DNA of 64,000 bases from an uncultured Actinomycetes bacterium. Its GTDB lineage: Bacteria; Actinomycetota; Thermoleophilia; Gaiellales; Gaiellaceae. The stretch spans positions 110,396-174,395 of the forward strand of contig CAVRBT010000015.1 of the NCBI GenBank assembly GCA_963719275.1, written 5' to 3'. The notes under the pieces are model-generated. The model was not told where the DNA came from, did not search any database, and worked only from the letters and a program-made list of their open reading frames with translations. The position numbers were made by a program, and so were the translations under genes. Numbering within the stretch: position 1 is the first letter of the stretch; each line of letters opens with the position of its first letter. Shown one piece after another: positions 1 through 9,958 of the stretch.

Positions 1-39
1 CGGCGGCTCGAGGAAGCGCGCGAGTGTCGCCAACGGCGG

Positions 40-369
40 CTAGCCGCGGGACCGACGGAGCAGCGACCAGGCCGTGAGGACCGCGAGCGCCGAGACGATC
101 TGCCAGCCAAGCGTCATGCGCTGAACGTCGATGGCGGGCTTCCATGCGACCTCGCCGTCGGGTTTGATCACGTAGGCGCCCACGGGCCGGGCCATGAGGC
201 CGAACCCGCCGCCGCCGTTGTTCTCGTTGTCGCCTCCTCCGCCGCCGCCTCCGCGGACGGACGCGGCCGGGATCACCGTCACGCCGTCGCGCTCGACCGG
301 TTCGCCGTAGACGCGCTTGGCGGTGATGGCGTCCTGCGCTTCTCGCAGCAGCTCTTGGACGTCGGGCAT
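40..369 (-). CDS. GerW/YtfJ-family small protein with poly-Gly loop
   Basis: Last 109 codons of ORF 40..819, from the ATG at 369. The sequence AKRVYGEPVERDGVTVIPAASVRGGGGGGG...GFGLMARPVGAYVIKPDGEVAWKPAIDV resembles the YtfJ/GerW family. It starts 2 nt after the stop of the upstream crotonase gene. The upstream part of the ORF is Arg/Pro-rich shadow. Confidence 0.6.
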   Translation of the reverse strand: MPDVQELLREAQDAITAKRVYGEPVERDGVTVIPAASVRGGGGGGGDNENNGGGGFGLMARPVGAYVIKPDGEVAWKPAIDVQRMTLGWQIVSALAVLTAWSLLRRSRG

Positions 370-371
370 GG

Positions 372-1142
372 CTACCTCCCTTTGAACTCGGGCTTGCGCT
401 TTTCCGTGAAGGCCGTCAGGCCCTCCTTGGCGTCCTCGCTCGCGAAGGCGAGGTAGAGCGCGCGGCGTTCGGCCTCGAGGCCCGCGGCGAGGGTCGTCTC
501 GTACGCGCGGTCGACCGACTCCTTGGCCAGGCGCGTGGCGACCGGGCCCTTCTCGGCGATCTCGCGCGCGATGCGCTTGGCCTCGTCGAGCCAGGCCTCC
601 TTGGCGACGACGCGGGCGACGAGGCCGGCAGCAAGGGCCTCGCGGGCGGAGAGACGGCGGCCGCTCAGGATCACGTCCATCGCAAGCGCCTTTCCGACCG
701 CCCGGGTCAGCCGCTGGGTGCCGCCGGCTCCGGGGATGATCCCGAGACCGGTCTCCGGCTGGCCGAACTGCGCGGTCTCGGAGGCGACGATCAGGTCGCA
801 GCTCAGCGCGAGCTCGCACCCGCCGCCGAGGCAGAAACCAGAGACGGCCGCGACGAGCGGCGTCCAGAGGCCGCGGATTGCGTCCCAGCGCTCTACGCGG
901 CGCTGGTAGTAGAGGTCGATTGCGGAGGCCTGCGCGAGCTCGCCGATGTCGGCTCCCGCGGCGAAGGCCCGCTCGTTGCCGCCGAGCACGACCGCGCGGG
1001 TCTCCTCGTCCCGGTCGAGCTCCTCGAGCGTGGCCACGAGCTCGTCCATCAGCTCGTCGGAGAGCGCGTTCAGCTGCTGCGGTCGGTTGAGCAGGACGAC
1101 GGCGACCGGCTCATCGCGCTCGACGAGAACCAGGTCAGCCAT
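372..1142 (-). CDS. enoyl-CoA hydratase/isomerase (crotonase family)
   Basis: ORF 372..1157, with ATG at 1142 (MADLVLVERDEPVAVVLLNRPQQLNAL...). Crotonase-fold hallmarks are present: AVVLGGNERAFAAGADI and GFCLGGGCELALSCD. Confidence 0.85.
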   Translation of the reverse strand: MADLVLVERDEPVAVVLLNRPQQLNALSDELMDELVATLEELDRDEETRAVVLGGNERAFAAGADIGELAQASAIDLYYQRRVERWDAIRGLWTPLVAAVSGFCLGGGCELALSCDLIVASETAQFGQPETGLGIIPGAGGTQRLTRAVGKALAMDVILSGRRLSAREALAAGLVARVVAKEAWLDEAKRIAREIAEKGPVATRLAKESVDRAYETTLAAGLEAERRALYLAFASEDAKEGLTAFTEKRKPEFKGR

Positions 1143-1160
1143 GTCCGCTCCACCCAACAG

Positions 1161-1232
1161 TGACAGTCCCTGTGTCTGTCCCTGTGTCTGTCCCTGTGTC
1201 TGTCCCTGTGACTGTCCCTGTGACTGTCACCG
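1161..1232. repeat. 12-bp minisatellite, 6 units (TGACAGTCCCTG, TGTCTGTCCCTG x3, TGACTGTCCCTG, TGACTGTCACCG)
   Basis: Period counted directly in the sequence. It lies in the 108-nt gap between two co-directional crotonase genes. Confidence 0.9.
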
Positions 1233-1250
1233 GAGGCCCGGCTGGAACGG

Positions 1251-2060
1251 TCATTTCTTCTCCAGGAAGCGCTCGATCGCAGCCTTCGGCTCGTCGGTCG
1301 CCATCGACAGCGCGAGCCAGTCGCGGGCGTGGTTGATCGTCTCGTGCCACGCGAGGTCGCGCCAGAAATTGAGGTGTTGCTTTGCATACCGCGTCGTCTG
1401 CGGCAGCTTGCGCGCGAGGTTCTCGACGACCGCGTCGACCTTCGCGTCGAGCTCCGCGGCCGGCACCGCCCAGTTCACGAGCCCCCACTCGGCCGCCTTG
1501 GCGGCCGGGATCTCCTCGCACATCAGCACGATCTCGCGCGCCCGCCGGTCGCCGACCATGATCGTCAGCCACTGCGTCGCCCCGCCCGCCGGAACCGACC
1601 CGTGCTCGGGCCCGACGTGCCGGATGAACGCGTCGTCCACCATCACCGCCAGGTCGCAGGCCATCTGCAGCTCGTTGCCGCCGCCCACGGCGATCCCGTT
1701 GATCCGCGCGAGCGTCGGCTTCCCGATCTCCCGCAGCCGGTCGTGCATGTCCTTGAAGGCGCCGAACCACTTCCAGTACTCGGTCGGTTTGCCGACGTAG
1801 TGCTCGGCCCACTCCCGCAGGTTCGCGCCGACGCAGAACGCACGGCCTGCGCCCGTGACCACGACCACCCGGATCGAGTCGTCCCAGGAGGCGTCCTCAC
1901 ACGCGCGGGCGATCTCGCGGAGCATCCGGAAGTCGAACGCGTTCAGCACCTCTGGCCGGTTGAGCGTGATCATCGCCCGGGGCGGGTCCTTCTCGTAGAC
2001 GATCCGCTCGAACCCGAGCTCCTCCGGCGCGCGCGGCTTCGGCGCGTCCGGCTCCGTCAC
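1251..2060 (-). CDS. enoyl-CoA hydratase-related protein (crotonase family)
   Basis: ORF 1251..2180. The likely GTG start at 2060 (VTEPDAPKPR...) forms a GTGA overlap with the stop of the upstream EthD-like gene. Motifs: ITLNRPEVLNAF and VVVTGAGRAFCVGANL. Confidence 0.8.
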   Translation of the reverse strand: MTEPDAPKPRAPEELGFERIVYEKDPPRAMITLNRPEVLNAFDFRMLREIARACEDASWDDSIRVVVVTGAGRAFCVGANLREWAEHYVGKPTEYWKWFGAFKDMHDRLREIGKPTLARINGIAVGGGNELQMACDLAVMVDDAFIRHVGPEHGSVPAGGATQWLTIMVGDRRAREIVLMCEEIPAAKAAEWGLVNWAVPAAELDAKVDAVVENLARKLPQTTRYAKQHLNFWRDLAWHETINHARDWLALSMATDEPKAAIERFLEKK

Positions 2061-2335
2061 GAGACCTCCGCGAAAAGGACGTGGAAGCGGCCGCCCATCT
2101 CCATGGCGTCCTTGCCGGTCGCCATGAACTCCTCGCTGCGCGCGGCCTCCTTGAACGCGTCGCGGTCGGGGAACTCCCACTCGGCGTAGTACGCGTACGC
2201 GGGCTCGCCCATCGGCGCGCCGAAGACCTTGCCGTGGCGGAAAGTCCCGCCCGGCACCTGCCGGCAGAGCTCGGCGTGGCGCTCGTAGCGCTCCGGATCC
2301 GGCTCGCTCTCGTAGAGCACGAAGGCCCTGACCAT
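2057..2335 (-). CDS. EthD-family small protein
   Basis: ATG at 2335 inside ORF 2057..2410. MVRAFVLYESEPDPERYERHAELCRQVPGGTFRHGKVFG...EWEFPDRDAFKEAARSEEF is typical of the EthD / dimeric alpha-beta-barrel family. Confidence 0.6.
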   Translation of the reverse strand: MVRAFVLYESEPDPERYERHAELCRQVPGGTFRHGKVFGAPMGEPAYAYYAEWEFPDRDAFKEAARSEEFMATGKDAMEMGGRFHVLFAEVS

Positions 2336-2487
2336 GTGCGCACTCCCTTTCGTCGGAACGCAGCGGAGCCTAGCGCCCATCGCCGCGCCGAGCCGCGGGC
2401 TTTGGTACAACCCCGCCGCAGCCCCGCCGACCTACTGCGGCGGTGGTGTGGCTGCGACCACAGCAAGCAACTACAGGGGAGGAGAGC

Positions 2488-5400
2488 ATGAGACGCCTCA
2501 GCGTCCTGCCCCGGCGAGCGCGAGCTGCGCTACTGCGCTCGCCGGCCTGTCAGTCCTCGCGTTGACGCTCGCTTCGAGCGGCCTCGCGGTGGTCCACATC
2601 GAGGGCCAGTCGACCGGCCTGCGCGACTTCGACGCGCGCGCCCGGGTTGCACCGACCAAGGCCCAGCTCCAGGCTGCACGCTCGGTCCACGGCCGCGTGT
2701 CCTGGAGCGCACTCGGAGCCCCGGCGTCGGTGATCCGCTACGGCGGCTACCTCGCGCCCGGGATCAAGGCACCGTCCGCCGCCGCAGCCGCCCGCAGCTG
2801 GCTCGCGGCCCACAAGCAGCTCTTCCAGCTCAGGACGGTTCGGCACCTGCGCCTGGCCACGGCGGCTCCGCTGCGAGGCAGCCGTGTCCACGCCGTCGTC
2901 TTCCGCCAGACCTTCGGCCGCGTCCTCTCGGCCGACGGCATCGCGACCGTCGCAGTCGTCCGTGCCAAGCACAGCTGGAAGGTCGTCTACGCCTCGTCGA
3001 GCCTGACGCCCGACACCGTCGTGACCGGAAAGCGCCTGCTGCGACCGGTCGCCGCGTGGAGGGCAGCCGCAAGGGCGGCCGGAGCGCGGGCGGCCCAGGT
3101 GGCGGGGCTCGGAACGACCGCGAACGGGTCGCTCGGCCTCGCCGCAGCGGGGCTCAGCGGCGTGCAAACGGTGCGGCCGACGGTGTTCGGGACCCCGCGC
3201 AACGGAGCGATCCGCGCCTACGACGCAACTGTGACGAAGACCCTCGTCGGCGAGCAGAGCTCCTACCGCGTGGTCGTCGACGCGGCAACCGCCGGCTGCT
3301 CTTGCGCCAGAACCTCGTCGACCACCTGGCGGACAACCCGACGTGGCTGGCGTTTACCGCCGCACCGCCGTTCAACCCGATGAACGCCTACCCGTGGAAC
3401 TACCCGAGCGACGACACCCGGCAGCTCTACTGCTGGGCCGCGACCGCCCGCTGCGCGAACGTCGTCTCCGACAACCTGGCGACGACGGTCTACCCGCTCG
3501 GCGTGGCGTCGAAGTTCCCGTGGGATGTCCAGCTCGACGCGCTCGGGAACAACCTCGGCACGGCCCAGACCACGGGCAACAACGTCGACGACGCCCGGCT
3601 GTGGAGCGGCGGGCACGGAGCCTTCGGCAACCCGCTGCTCTTCCGGCCCATCAGCGCTACGCGCGACTACCAGCCGACGTTCACGAACGCCTGGTTCGAC
3701 TCCGGTTGTAACCCGGCCCTCGTGTCCGACCCAGTGAACAACCCGGCCGCGAACGACATCGAGGCGGCCACGGTCAACCTCTTCGTCGGCCACAACATCA
3801 TGCACGACTACGCGTACTACCTGGGCTTCGACGAGGGGCACTGGAACGCGCAGCAGTACAACAACGGCATCTCCACGGTCGACTCGTATCCGTCCCCGGG
3901 CGGGCCGACGGCCACGCCGGTCGGCAACGACGGCCTCAACGGCAACGCCCAGGCCGGAGCGGCCACTGGGAGCCGTGACAACGCGAACATGGGCACCGGC
4001 GCCGACGGCAACCACCCGCGGACGAACATGTTCCTCTGGCAGCCGATCGCCGGCTCGTTCTACGCCCCGTGCGTCGACGGCGACTACGACTTCGGCGTCT
4101 TCGGGCACGAATTCGGCCACATGATCGAGAACCGGATGATCGGCAAGGGCGTCGGGGCCCGCCAGGGCAACGCCGCCGGCGCGATGGGCGAGGCGTTCGG
4201 CGACTTCGACGCGCTCGAGGTCATGAACGCGCTGCACATCGCACCGGTGCCCGGCTCCGACCGCTACACGGAGGGCGCCTACGTCACCGGCAACCCCTAC
4301 AACGGGATCCGCGACTTCCTCGCGGGCCGGCCGATGGGCGGGGAGTTCCCGGAGCCTGGCCGGAACCCCGACACCGACCCGCTGAACTACGGCGACTTCG
4401 GCTTCGACCTCCCCGGTCCCGAGGTGCACGCCGACGGCGAGATCTGGATCGCCGTGCAGATCGACCTGCGCGACCTCTTCCTCGCCCGGCACCCGTCGAG
4501 TGGGCCGGCGGAGGACGTCGCGTGTGTCCGCGGCCGGCTCGCCGCAGCGTCGTGCCCCGGCGACCGGCGCTGGATCCAGGACTACTACGACGCAATGGTG
4601 ATGATGCCGCGGAACCCGACCATGGCCGGCGCGCGCGACGCGATGCTCGCGGCGGACATGGGCCGTTTCGGCGGTGCGAACCAGGACCTGCTCTGGCAGG
4701 GCTTCGCGCTGCGCGGCTTCGGCCAGTTCCAGAACACCAACGGCACGCAGGACACGAGCCCGACGCCCGACTTCTCGTCGCCGCTCGCGGACAACGCGAC
4801 GCTGAACTTCTTCGCGGACAACAAGGAAACACGCTCGTTCCGGTCAACGCGAAGATCTACGTGGGCGACTACCAGGCGCGAGCGACGCAGGTCGCCGACA
4901 CCGACCCGTCCACCGTCCCGAGCGCCACGCCCGGGACGAACAACCTCGACAACACGGCGCAGTTCGTGCCGAACGCGAGCAACCCACGCTGGAGCTCGTA
5001 CAACTTCATCGCAGTCGCGCCCGGCTTCGGGGCGGTGCGGTTCAACGTGCGGGACCTGCAGCCCGGCGAGGCTCGGAACCTCACGATCCACTTCGCACCG
5101 AACTTCGCCTCGTCGTCCCAGGCGGCAACGATCGCCGGCGACGCCCTCGGCACGAACACGAACCTTGCCAACGTGCTCGATGACGACGAGAGCACGAACG
5201 ACGGCCAGACCGGCGCGAACGCCGTCGGCCGCTGGTTCGTGATCGCGCTGGGCGACATCAACCCGAACGGCAACCTGCTCAAGCGGCTCGGCGTCTCCGC
5301 GCAACTGGTGCCGGGCAACAACCGGTTCACGGCGCTCCGCTCGTTCGACGCCTACGCGTGCCGTGCGGGGAAGGTCGCCGCGAACCCGACCTGCGATGGG

Positions 5401-5718
5401 TCGATCGACGCGGGCTGGACGAAGATCGTCTCTTCCGCTGACGATGCGTTCCCGTCGGTCAACCCGCGGCCCGTCGCTCCGGACCTGACGCTGCGGTACT
5501 TCGAGACCAATCCGCAGGCCGTGGCGACGCACGTGAAGTTCGTCGTCACGAACAACGAGTGCACGGGCCAGGCCTCGTACCACGACGACCAGGACAACGA
5601 CCCGAACAACAACGCCGACTGCAACGCGAGCGTGCGCGCGAACGAGGTGCACGTCGCCGAGGTGCAGGTGTTCGGGCAGAACCCGACCGTCGACGGCACG
5701 AAGGTCACCACCGGCTAG
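2488..5718 (+). pseudogene. secreted M36 (fungalysin-type) zinc metalloprotease with FTP-like propeptide and C-terminal discoidin-like domain; reading frame broken three times
   Basis: GGAGGAG-N4-ATG at 2488 gives MRRLSVLP. The signal peptide (ALAGLSVLALTLASS) and propeptide continue in ORF 2334..3383. The catalytic part (FGHEFGHMIENR HExxH motif) is in ORF 3056..5242. The C-terminal domain is in ORF 4069..5718. Each junction is a -1 step, at about 2509-2512, 3288-3296 and 4825-4826. Confidence 0.7.
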
Positions 5719-5741
5719 CGAACGACGACCACGACAACGCG

Positions 5742-5766
5742 AGAGGGCCGGTTCCGCCGGCCCTCT
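5742..5766 (+). terminator. stem-loop after the M36 gene (10-bp stem AGAGGGCCGG/CCGGCCCTCT, 5-nt loop)
   Basis: Perfect inverted repeat 24 nt after the TAG at 5716-5718. The tail is TCGTGT, so the U-tract is weak. Confidence 0.45.
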
Positions 5767-5781
5767 TCGTGTCCGGAAAGC

Positions 5782-6240
5782 ATGCGATGCTGGCCCGCCA
5801 TGAACGCGCTCGTCGTCGCCTTCGCCGTCCTTGCCGGAGTCGCCGGGTCGGTACAGGTGGCGGTGATGGCCAAGCTCGGCGACCGAGTCGGTGTCTTCGG
5901 CGCCCTCGCGTGGGCGACCTCGCTGGCCGCGCTGCTCGCGATCGCCCTGATGCTGGTGGCGCGGCAGGGGTTCGGAGAGTTCACGGCCGCCGCCCGCGAG
6001 CCGGTCTGGCTCTGGAGTGGCGCGCTGATGAGCATCATCATCGTGCTCGCGATCACCGTCGCCGGGTCACGGATCGGCGTGATCGCGACCGTCTCGGTGC
6101 TCCTCGCAGGCCAGTTCGCGGCGGGGGCGGCGATCGACCGCTGGGGCCTGCTCGGCGCGGAGCGGCTCGGGGTCAGCTGGTGGCGAATCCTCGGGATCGT
6201 CCTGCTCGGGATTGGGGCCGGCCTGACGCTGAAGCGCTAG
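5782..6240 (+). CDS. small DMT-superfamily membrane protein (DUF606/YdcZ-like)
   Basis: ORF 5782..6240; an alternative in-frame ATG lies at 5800. About 5 hydrophobic helices; LLAGQFAAGAAIDRWGLLG is typical of the family. Confidence 0.65.
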   Translation: MRCWPAMNALVVAFAVLAGVAGSVQVAVMAKLGDRVGVFGALAWATSLAALLAIALMLVARQGFGEFTAAAREPVWLWSGALMSIIIVLAITVAGSRIGVIATVSVLLAGQFAAGAAIDRWGLLGAERLGVSWWRILGIVLLGIGAGLTLKR

Positions 6241-6270
6241 CGCCGGACGTTTCCCGGGCAGGGCGGCGTT

Positions 6271-7230
6271 GTGAAGGGCGTGAGCCACCGCGCGAAGGTC
6301 TGGATCGCGCTCTGGACCGTGTACATCGTCTGGGGGTCGACCTACCTCGGGATCGAGCTGGCCGGGGAGACGATTCCGGCCACGTTCGGCGCGGGTGTCC
6401 GTTTCACGGTCGTGGGGCTGCTGATGATCGGCATCGTCATGTGGCGGCGCGGCCCGGGCGCGCTGCGGATTCACCGCTCCGAGCTCGCGTCGGCGGCGCT
6501 CGTCGGGCTGCTGCTGCCGGGCGCGAACTCGGTGCTCTTCATCACCGAGCAAAGGGTGCCGATCGGCCTGACCTCGCTGATCATCGCGTCGGTGCCGCTG
6601 TGGGTGCTGCTGCTGCGCCTCGGAGTGGGCGAGCGTCCCGACGCGGTCGCCTCCGTCGGCCTCCTCGTCGGCTTCCTCGGCATCATCGTGCTCATCCGTC
6701 CAGGAGGCGGCTCCGGCCCGCTCGGCTATCTCCTGCTGACGGTGGTGGCCGCGTTCGCGTGGGCGCTCGGATCGTTCCTCTCGCCACGGATCCCGGTTCC
6801 GCGCGATGCGCTGGTCGCGACCGGGTACGAGACCCTCGTCGGCGGTCTCGTGCTCGCGGTGATCGGGCTTGCGACGACGCCCGCCTCCGACCTCGCTCCG
6901 TCGACCTGGTCGTCGCGCTCGGTCTTCGGGCTCGTCTACCTGATCCTCGTCGGTTCGGTCGTCGGCTACACGGCGTACGCGTGGCTCCTCGGCAACGCAC
7001 CCCTCGGGCAGGTCTCCACCTATGCGTACGTGAACCCGGTCGTGGCGATCGCGCTCGGCGTGATCGTGCTCGACGAGACGGTGACACTGCGGGTCGTGCT
7101 CGGCGCGCTACTCATCCTCGCCGCGGTGGCGATCGTCGTGCGCCGTGAGTCCGCGGTTGCGCTAGAGGCCGGCGAGGTCGTCGGGGCGGACCGGGACGCG
7201 CGCGAGCTCGCGCCCGCTCGCCGCTCGTAG
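6271..7230 (+). CDS. EamA/DMT family transporter (10-TMS type)
   Basis: ORF 6271..7230 with a GTG start. Two EamA-like halves (VWGSTYLGIE... and FAWALGSFLS...). The 3' end overlaps the convergent xdh gene by 69 nt. Confidence 0.8.
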   Translation: MKGVSHRAKVWIALWTVYIVWGSTYLGIELAGETIPATFGAGVRFTVVGLLMIGIVMWRRGPGALRIHRSELASAALVGLLLPGANSVLFITEQRVPIGLTSLIIASVPLWVLLLRLGVGERPDAVASVGLLVGFLGIIVLIRPGGGSGPLGYLLLTVVAAFAWALGSFLSPRIPVPRDALVATGYETLVGGLVLAVIGLATTPASDLAPSTWSSRSVFGLVYLILVGSVVGYTAYAWLLGNAPLGQVSTYAYVNPVVAIALGVIVLDETVTLRVVLGALLILAAVAIVVRRESAVALEAGEVVGADRDARELAPARRS

Positions 7231-9402
7231 CGCCGAGACGATCGCCGCTGTCGAGACGACGGTCGGCGGCTCGCCGACGCCTTTCGCCCCGTAGGGCGCG
7301 TCCGGCTCAGGCACCTCGATCAGCTCCGCGTCGAGCGGCGGCATGTCGAGCGTCGTTGGGATCAGGTAATCGGTGAAGCTCGCGTTTGAGATCAACCCGC
7401 CGCGCGTCTGGATCTCCTCCATCAGCGCAAGCCCCAGGCCCTGTGCGGTGCCGCCCTCGATCTGGCCGTGGACGGCCTGCGGGTTCATCGCCTTGCCGAC
7501 GTCCTGAGCCGCGCCGATCCAGACGACGCGCGAGAGGCCGAGCTCGACGTCGACCTCGGCGACGACGCGCATCGCGGCGCAGATGTAGGCCACGTGGACG
7601 CGGTCGCCGGTGACCTGACCGTCCTCCGGGTCGAGCGGGAACGTGCGCGAGTGGTGGTACGTGCGCTCGAGGTCGACCTCACGCCCGGTCTCGCGGAACT
7701 CCTCCAACGCGTCCTGACACGCGAGCCGCACCGCTCCCGCGGCCATCCACGTGAGGCGCGAAGCCGAGGCGGAGCCGGCCGAGTCGACGCCGTCGGTCGA
7801 GCCGGGCAGGAGGGCGACGTTGTCGGTGCCTAGCTCGGTGCGGGCGACCTGGAGGATCACTTCGGTGACGCCCTGGCCGACCTCGGCGGCGGCGCACCGG
7901 ATCTCCGCGGCGAGCTTCTCGTCCTGCGCGACCCAGAGCCGGGTGCGCGCCGAGCAGGCATCGTCGAAGCCCTCCGAGTAGCAGACGTTCTTGAAGCCGA
8001 CGGCGAAGCCGACCCCGCGCCTCACGCCCTGGCCGTGCGTGGTGTTCCCCGCGCCGCCCGGAAGCCGGATCGGGTCGCGCGGCAGCTCCTCCGCCTCGGG
8101 CACCGGCAGCTCGGCCGCTCGCCGGATCACCTCGGCGACCGGCAGCGACCCGGTCACCACCTGGCCGGTGGGCATCGTGTCGCCGGGCTGCAGCGCGTTT
8201 AGCAGCCGCAGCTCCACGGGGTCGATCTCGAGCGCAGCCGCGAGCTTGTCCATCTGCGCCTCGTGCGCGAAGCAGCCCTGCACGGCGCCGAAGCCGCGCA
8301 TCGCGCCGCAGGGCGGGTTGTTCGAGTAGACGCAGGTCGACTCGATCAGCGCGTTGTCGACCTGGTACGGGCCGCAGGCGAAGGAGGCGGCGTTCGAGCA
8401 AACGGCCGCGGAGCTGGAGGCGTAGGCGCCGCCGTCGAGCAGGATCTTCGCGCGCACATTGACGAGCCGGCCGTCTCGCGTCGCGCGGTGCTCCATCCAG
8501 ATCTTCGCCGGGTGCCGGTGGACGTGGCCGACGAACGACTCCTCGCGCGAGTAGACGATCTTCACGGGACGATCGGTGTGGAGCGCGAGCATCGCGCCGT
8601 GGATCTGCATCGAGAGGTCCTCCCGCCCGCCAAACGCTCCGCCGACCCCGGCGAGGTGGATGCGGACCTGCTCCTTCTCGAGCCCGAGGCACGGCGCGAC
8701 CTGGTCGCGGTCGACGTGCAGCCACTGCGTCGCGACGTACACGTCGACGCCGCCTTCGCCGTCCGGGACGGCGAGGCCCGACTCCGGGCCGAGGAACGCC
8801 TGGTCCTGAATGCCGAGCTCGTAGACGCCGTCGACGGAGACATCGCCCTGAACGTCCGGGTCGCCGTGCCTGACCACGATCGAGCGGAGGACGTTCGGGC
8901 GCGGGTCCTCGCGGAAGCCGCGGCCGGCGGTCGGATTCTCGTCGTGGATCGGCGGCTGCTCGGTTGCGCGCTCCATGTCGACGACGGGCTCGAGCGGCTC
9001 GTACTCGACGCGGATCTTCTCGGCCGCGCGGCGGGCCTGTTCGGGGTGCTCAGCCGCGACGAGCGCGACCGGCTCGCCGAAGTAGCGGGCGCGATCGATC
9101 GCGAGCACCGGCTGGTCGGGGAACTCGAGCCCGTACGTCTTTGCGCCCGGCACGTCGTCGTGCGTGAGGACGGCGTGCACTCCCTGCATCGAGAGCGCCT
9201 GCGAGATGTCGATCTCGATGATCCGCGCGTGCGGGTGCGGGCTGCGGACGGTGTGGCCCCAGAGCATCCCCGCCGCGACGAGGTCGCTCGCGTAGGCAAA
9301 CTCGCCGGTGACCTTGGGCACCGCGTCGCTGCGCTTGACGACCTCGCCGACGCGGCCGAGCTCCAGCTCAGTTCGTCCTTGTAACAGTCTGTTACTTGGC
9401 AT
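7162..9402 (-). CDS. xanthine dehydrogenase family, molybdopterin-binding large subunit
   Basis: ORF 7162..9402 (746 aa). VTGEFAYASD, GVGGAFGGREDL and GAKGVGEPP are typical of aldehyde oxidase/xanthine dehydrogenase Mo subunits. It overlaps the upstream 2Fe-2S subunit gene by 11 nt. Confidence 0.9.
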   Translation of the reverse strand: MPSNRLLQGRTELELGRVGEVVKRSDAVPKVTGEFAYASDLVAAGMLWGHTVRSPHPHARIIEIDISQALSMQGVHAVLTHDDVPGAKTYGLEFPDQPVLAIDRARYFGEPVALVAAEHPEQARRAAEKIRVEYEPLEPVVDMERATEQPPIHDENPTAGRGFREDPRPNVLRSIVVRHGDPDVQGDVSVDGVYELGIQDQAFLGPESGLAVPDGEGGVDVYVATQWLHVDRDQVAPCLGLEKEQVRIHLAGVGGAFGGREDLSMQIHGAMLALHTDRPVKIVYSREESFVGHVHRHPAKIWMEHRATRDGRLVNVRAKILLDGGAYASSSAAVCSNAASFACGPYQVDNALIESTCVYSNNPPCGAMRGFGAVQGCFAHEAQMDKLAAALEIDPVELRLLNALQPGDTMPTGQVVTGSLPVAEVIRRAAELPVPEAEELPRDPIRLPGGAGNTTHGQGVRRGVGFAVGFKNVCYSEGFDDACSARTRLWVAQDEKLAAEIRCAAAEVGQGVTEVILQVARTELGTDNVALLPGSTDGVDSAGSASASRLTWMAAGAVRLACQDALEEFRETGREVDLERTYHHSRTFPLDPEDGQVTGDRVHVAYICAAMRVVAEVDVELGLSRVVWIGAAQDVGKAMNPQAVHGQIEGGTAQGLGLALMEEIQTRGGLISNASFTDYLIPTTLDMPPLDAELIEVPEPDAPYGAKGVGEPPTVVSTAAIVSALRAASGRELARVPVRPDDLAGL

Positions 9403-9859
9403 CGGAGAGGCCGACGGCGAAGCGGACTGCGTCGAAGATCTTCGCGTAGCCGGTACAGCGGCAGAGGTTCCCCGACAGCGCCTCGCGCAGCTCGTCCTCG
9501 CTGGGCGTCGGGTTGTGCTCGAGCAGGTCGGCGGCCGCGACGATCAGGCCCGGCGTGCAGAAGCCGCACTGGACGGCGCCGGTCTCGGTGAACGCCTCCT
9601 GCACCGGGTGGAGCTCGCCGTCCCGCGCGAGCCCCTCGACCGTGACGACGTGGTGGCCGTCGGCCTGCGCGGCGAGGACGAGGCACGCGCAGACGAGCTT
9701 CCCGTCGAGCAGCACCGAGCACGAGCCGCACTCGCCCTGCTCACACGCGTTCTTGGAGCCGGGCAGGCCGAGGCGCTCGCGCAGGGCGAAGAGCAGGCTC
9801 TCGCCCTCCCAGACCTCGGCCTCCCGCAGCTCGCCGTTGACGGTCAGGGAGACCTTCAC
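9392..9859 (-). CDS. xanthine dehydrogenase family, [2Fe-2S]-binding small subunit
   Basis: GTG at 9859 (VKVSLTVNG...) inside ORF 9392..9943. Both Cys clusters are present: CEQGECGSCSV and CGFCTPG...CRCTGY. Confidence 0.9.
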   Translation of the reverse strand: MKVSLTVNGELREAEVWEGESLLFALRERLGLPGSKNACEQGECGSCSVLLDGKLVCACLVLAAQADGHHVVTVEGLARDGELHPVQEAFTETGAVQCGFCTPGLIVAAADLLEHNPTPSEDELREALSGNLCRCTGYAKIFDAVRFAVGLSDAK

Positions 9860-9899
9860 CCGTGAACCACCTGATGGACAACGTCCCAGCTGGTCATCG

Positions 9900-9958
9900 C
9901 AGACGGACGCACGAGCAAAACTCGCGCGTCCTGAAGCCGACATCGCAAGCGACGTCTC
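9900..9958. repeat. single copy of the two-hairpin REP-like element (forward orientation)
   Basis: AGACGGACGCACGAGCAAAACTCGCGCGTCCTGAAGCCGACATCGCAAGCGACGTC aligns to the 63-bp unit at 10745-11004. It sits in the 97-nt gap between the FAD- and 2Fe-2S-subunit genes. Confidence 0.6.

Noticed and set aside
1135-1812. ORFs reading HRDRHRDR or GTVTGTDTG across the 12-bp minisatellite, and the TVTVTV ORF at 41608..41832.
   Set aside because: The repetitive peptide arises only from translating the tandem repeat. The flanking parts are shadow sequence with no start-site support.
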